NCBI RefSeq assembly: GCF_964355755.1
Contig: NC_092673.1
Location: forward strand, 25,913,648-25,977,647
Direction of reading: 5' to 3'
Length of the DNA: 64,000 bases
DNA from: Antedon mediterranea
Lineage: Eukaryota > Animalia > Echinodermata
Shown here: positions 62,884 through 64,000 of the stretch, piece after piece
Position numbering within the stretch: position 1 is the first letter of the stretch
Layout of the letters: each line of letters starts with the position of its first letter
Made by a program: the position numbers and the translations under genes
Notes under the pieces: generated by a model
The model's input: only the letters and a program-made list of their open reading frames with translations
The model's database searches: none
What the model was told of the DNA's origin: nothing

Positions 62884-64000
62884 TAAATATATAACTTTCA
62901 CATTATACTTTATACACTTTGTTGAGACTTATATGGGTCATCTGACAATCAGACATAACCAATCAATTTAAAATAATCCAGGAAAATGGCAAGACAAGTA
63001 GACAAATGAACCCAATGTGACTGTTAATTCCAAGAATCTGTAAGAATATTTTCAAACGGAAATATTTAATTAATCCAATACAGTTACAGTACTTGATAAC
63101 TATTTTAATCTTGTACTTCTTTTTATAGAAATATTTATTCATATAGTTCATTTAACGATTATTGATATTCCGTTACGTAGACAACGGTTATTGCGTCTAG
63201 ACAACATTCCTTTATTAGAAAGTCTCTAAAAACAATTAATTACCTTTTAGAGATAATATCTATAATAGGTCTAGTGATTTTATTTTCGTTTTAAGTTAAT
63301 CAATTTCCTCGTTTTGTTCACCAAACCTTATGGCTATATACACTATCAATTTTTAAATTTTAGGTTGTATTAAATACCCTGTTGATATGCTCGCGAATAT
63401 TTTTAATGCGAATCTAGCAAACAAGATAATATCACAGAATAGGTATGACACATGCAATAAAGTCAGACAGTCAAGAGTCAAAATAATTTAATGAAATATT
63501 ACTATTTAAAAAGAAACCCGAACAAATCTAAATCAAATCAATATTTTTTTGTTAAAATTATAGGTGAAAATTGCAAAATACACAAACAAAGAATTTCTTA
63601 AATTTGTTTGTTCTTTTCTTTTTGACCAAAGGTCATTTATTGAAACTTTAAATTCATTATCAACCACAATACAATAAACTATATAAAATCAGCGCCCATT
63701 TTTATAGGTATTTTTTTTATTTATAAAAAGATCAACAAAGTTTTCCCTTGATATGTTTTTTTTTTTCAGGAAAAATAGTAGCCGTCCTGGAAACTCTCAA
63801 TCAAATAGGTTAAAACTGCCTTAATACAAAAGTAATAATATAGATATTGCAAAGTGCAAGTGAGTGCTGCGAGCAGATCTAATGCCTAGCATAACGTAGT
63901 TTTGATGACGGTGGGCCGGCCCTCCTAAAGACACAAACCCAATGTCTATACTAGAACACTTCTCATTGGATAAAAAAATACCTCCCATGGATCATGCAGC

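Overview
AT-rich (roughly 30% GC, estimated by eye) eukaryotic genomic DNA with spliceosomal GT-AG introns. It looks like an invertebrate deuterostome or other marine invertebrate; the species cannot be fixed from sequence alone. Three spliced protein-coding genes can be rebuilt by hand. (1) A 7-exon type II pantothenate kinase (PANK1/2/3-like, 401 aa, minus strand, 8440-18442). (2) A 7-exon sialic acid synthase (NANS, 353 aa, plus strand, 31401-34440), head-to-head with PANK. (3) A two-coding-exon gene for a 111-aa secreted precursor with a C-C-CC-C-C knottin-type cysteine framework (54517-55203); its cysteine-bearing frame is missing from the ORF track. The rest is dense in repeats: PIF/Harbinger, Tc1/mariner-pogo, Mutator-like and Kolobok-like non-autonomous DNA transposons, Helentron-type HINEs, a tRNA-derived SINE, a LINE 3' fragment and several minisatellites, often nested. 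The most notable observations are the knottin-like precursor, about 30 copies of TAGGCCTA that in-window paralogs show to be insertions at TA (probable transposon excision footprints), a 35-bp inverted repeat bracketing the 12.3-kb PANK-NANS intergenic block, and a duplicated splice acceptor in PANK intron 3. No rRNA, intact tRNA or CRISPR array was seen.
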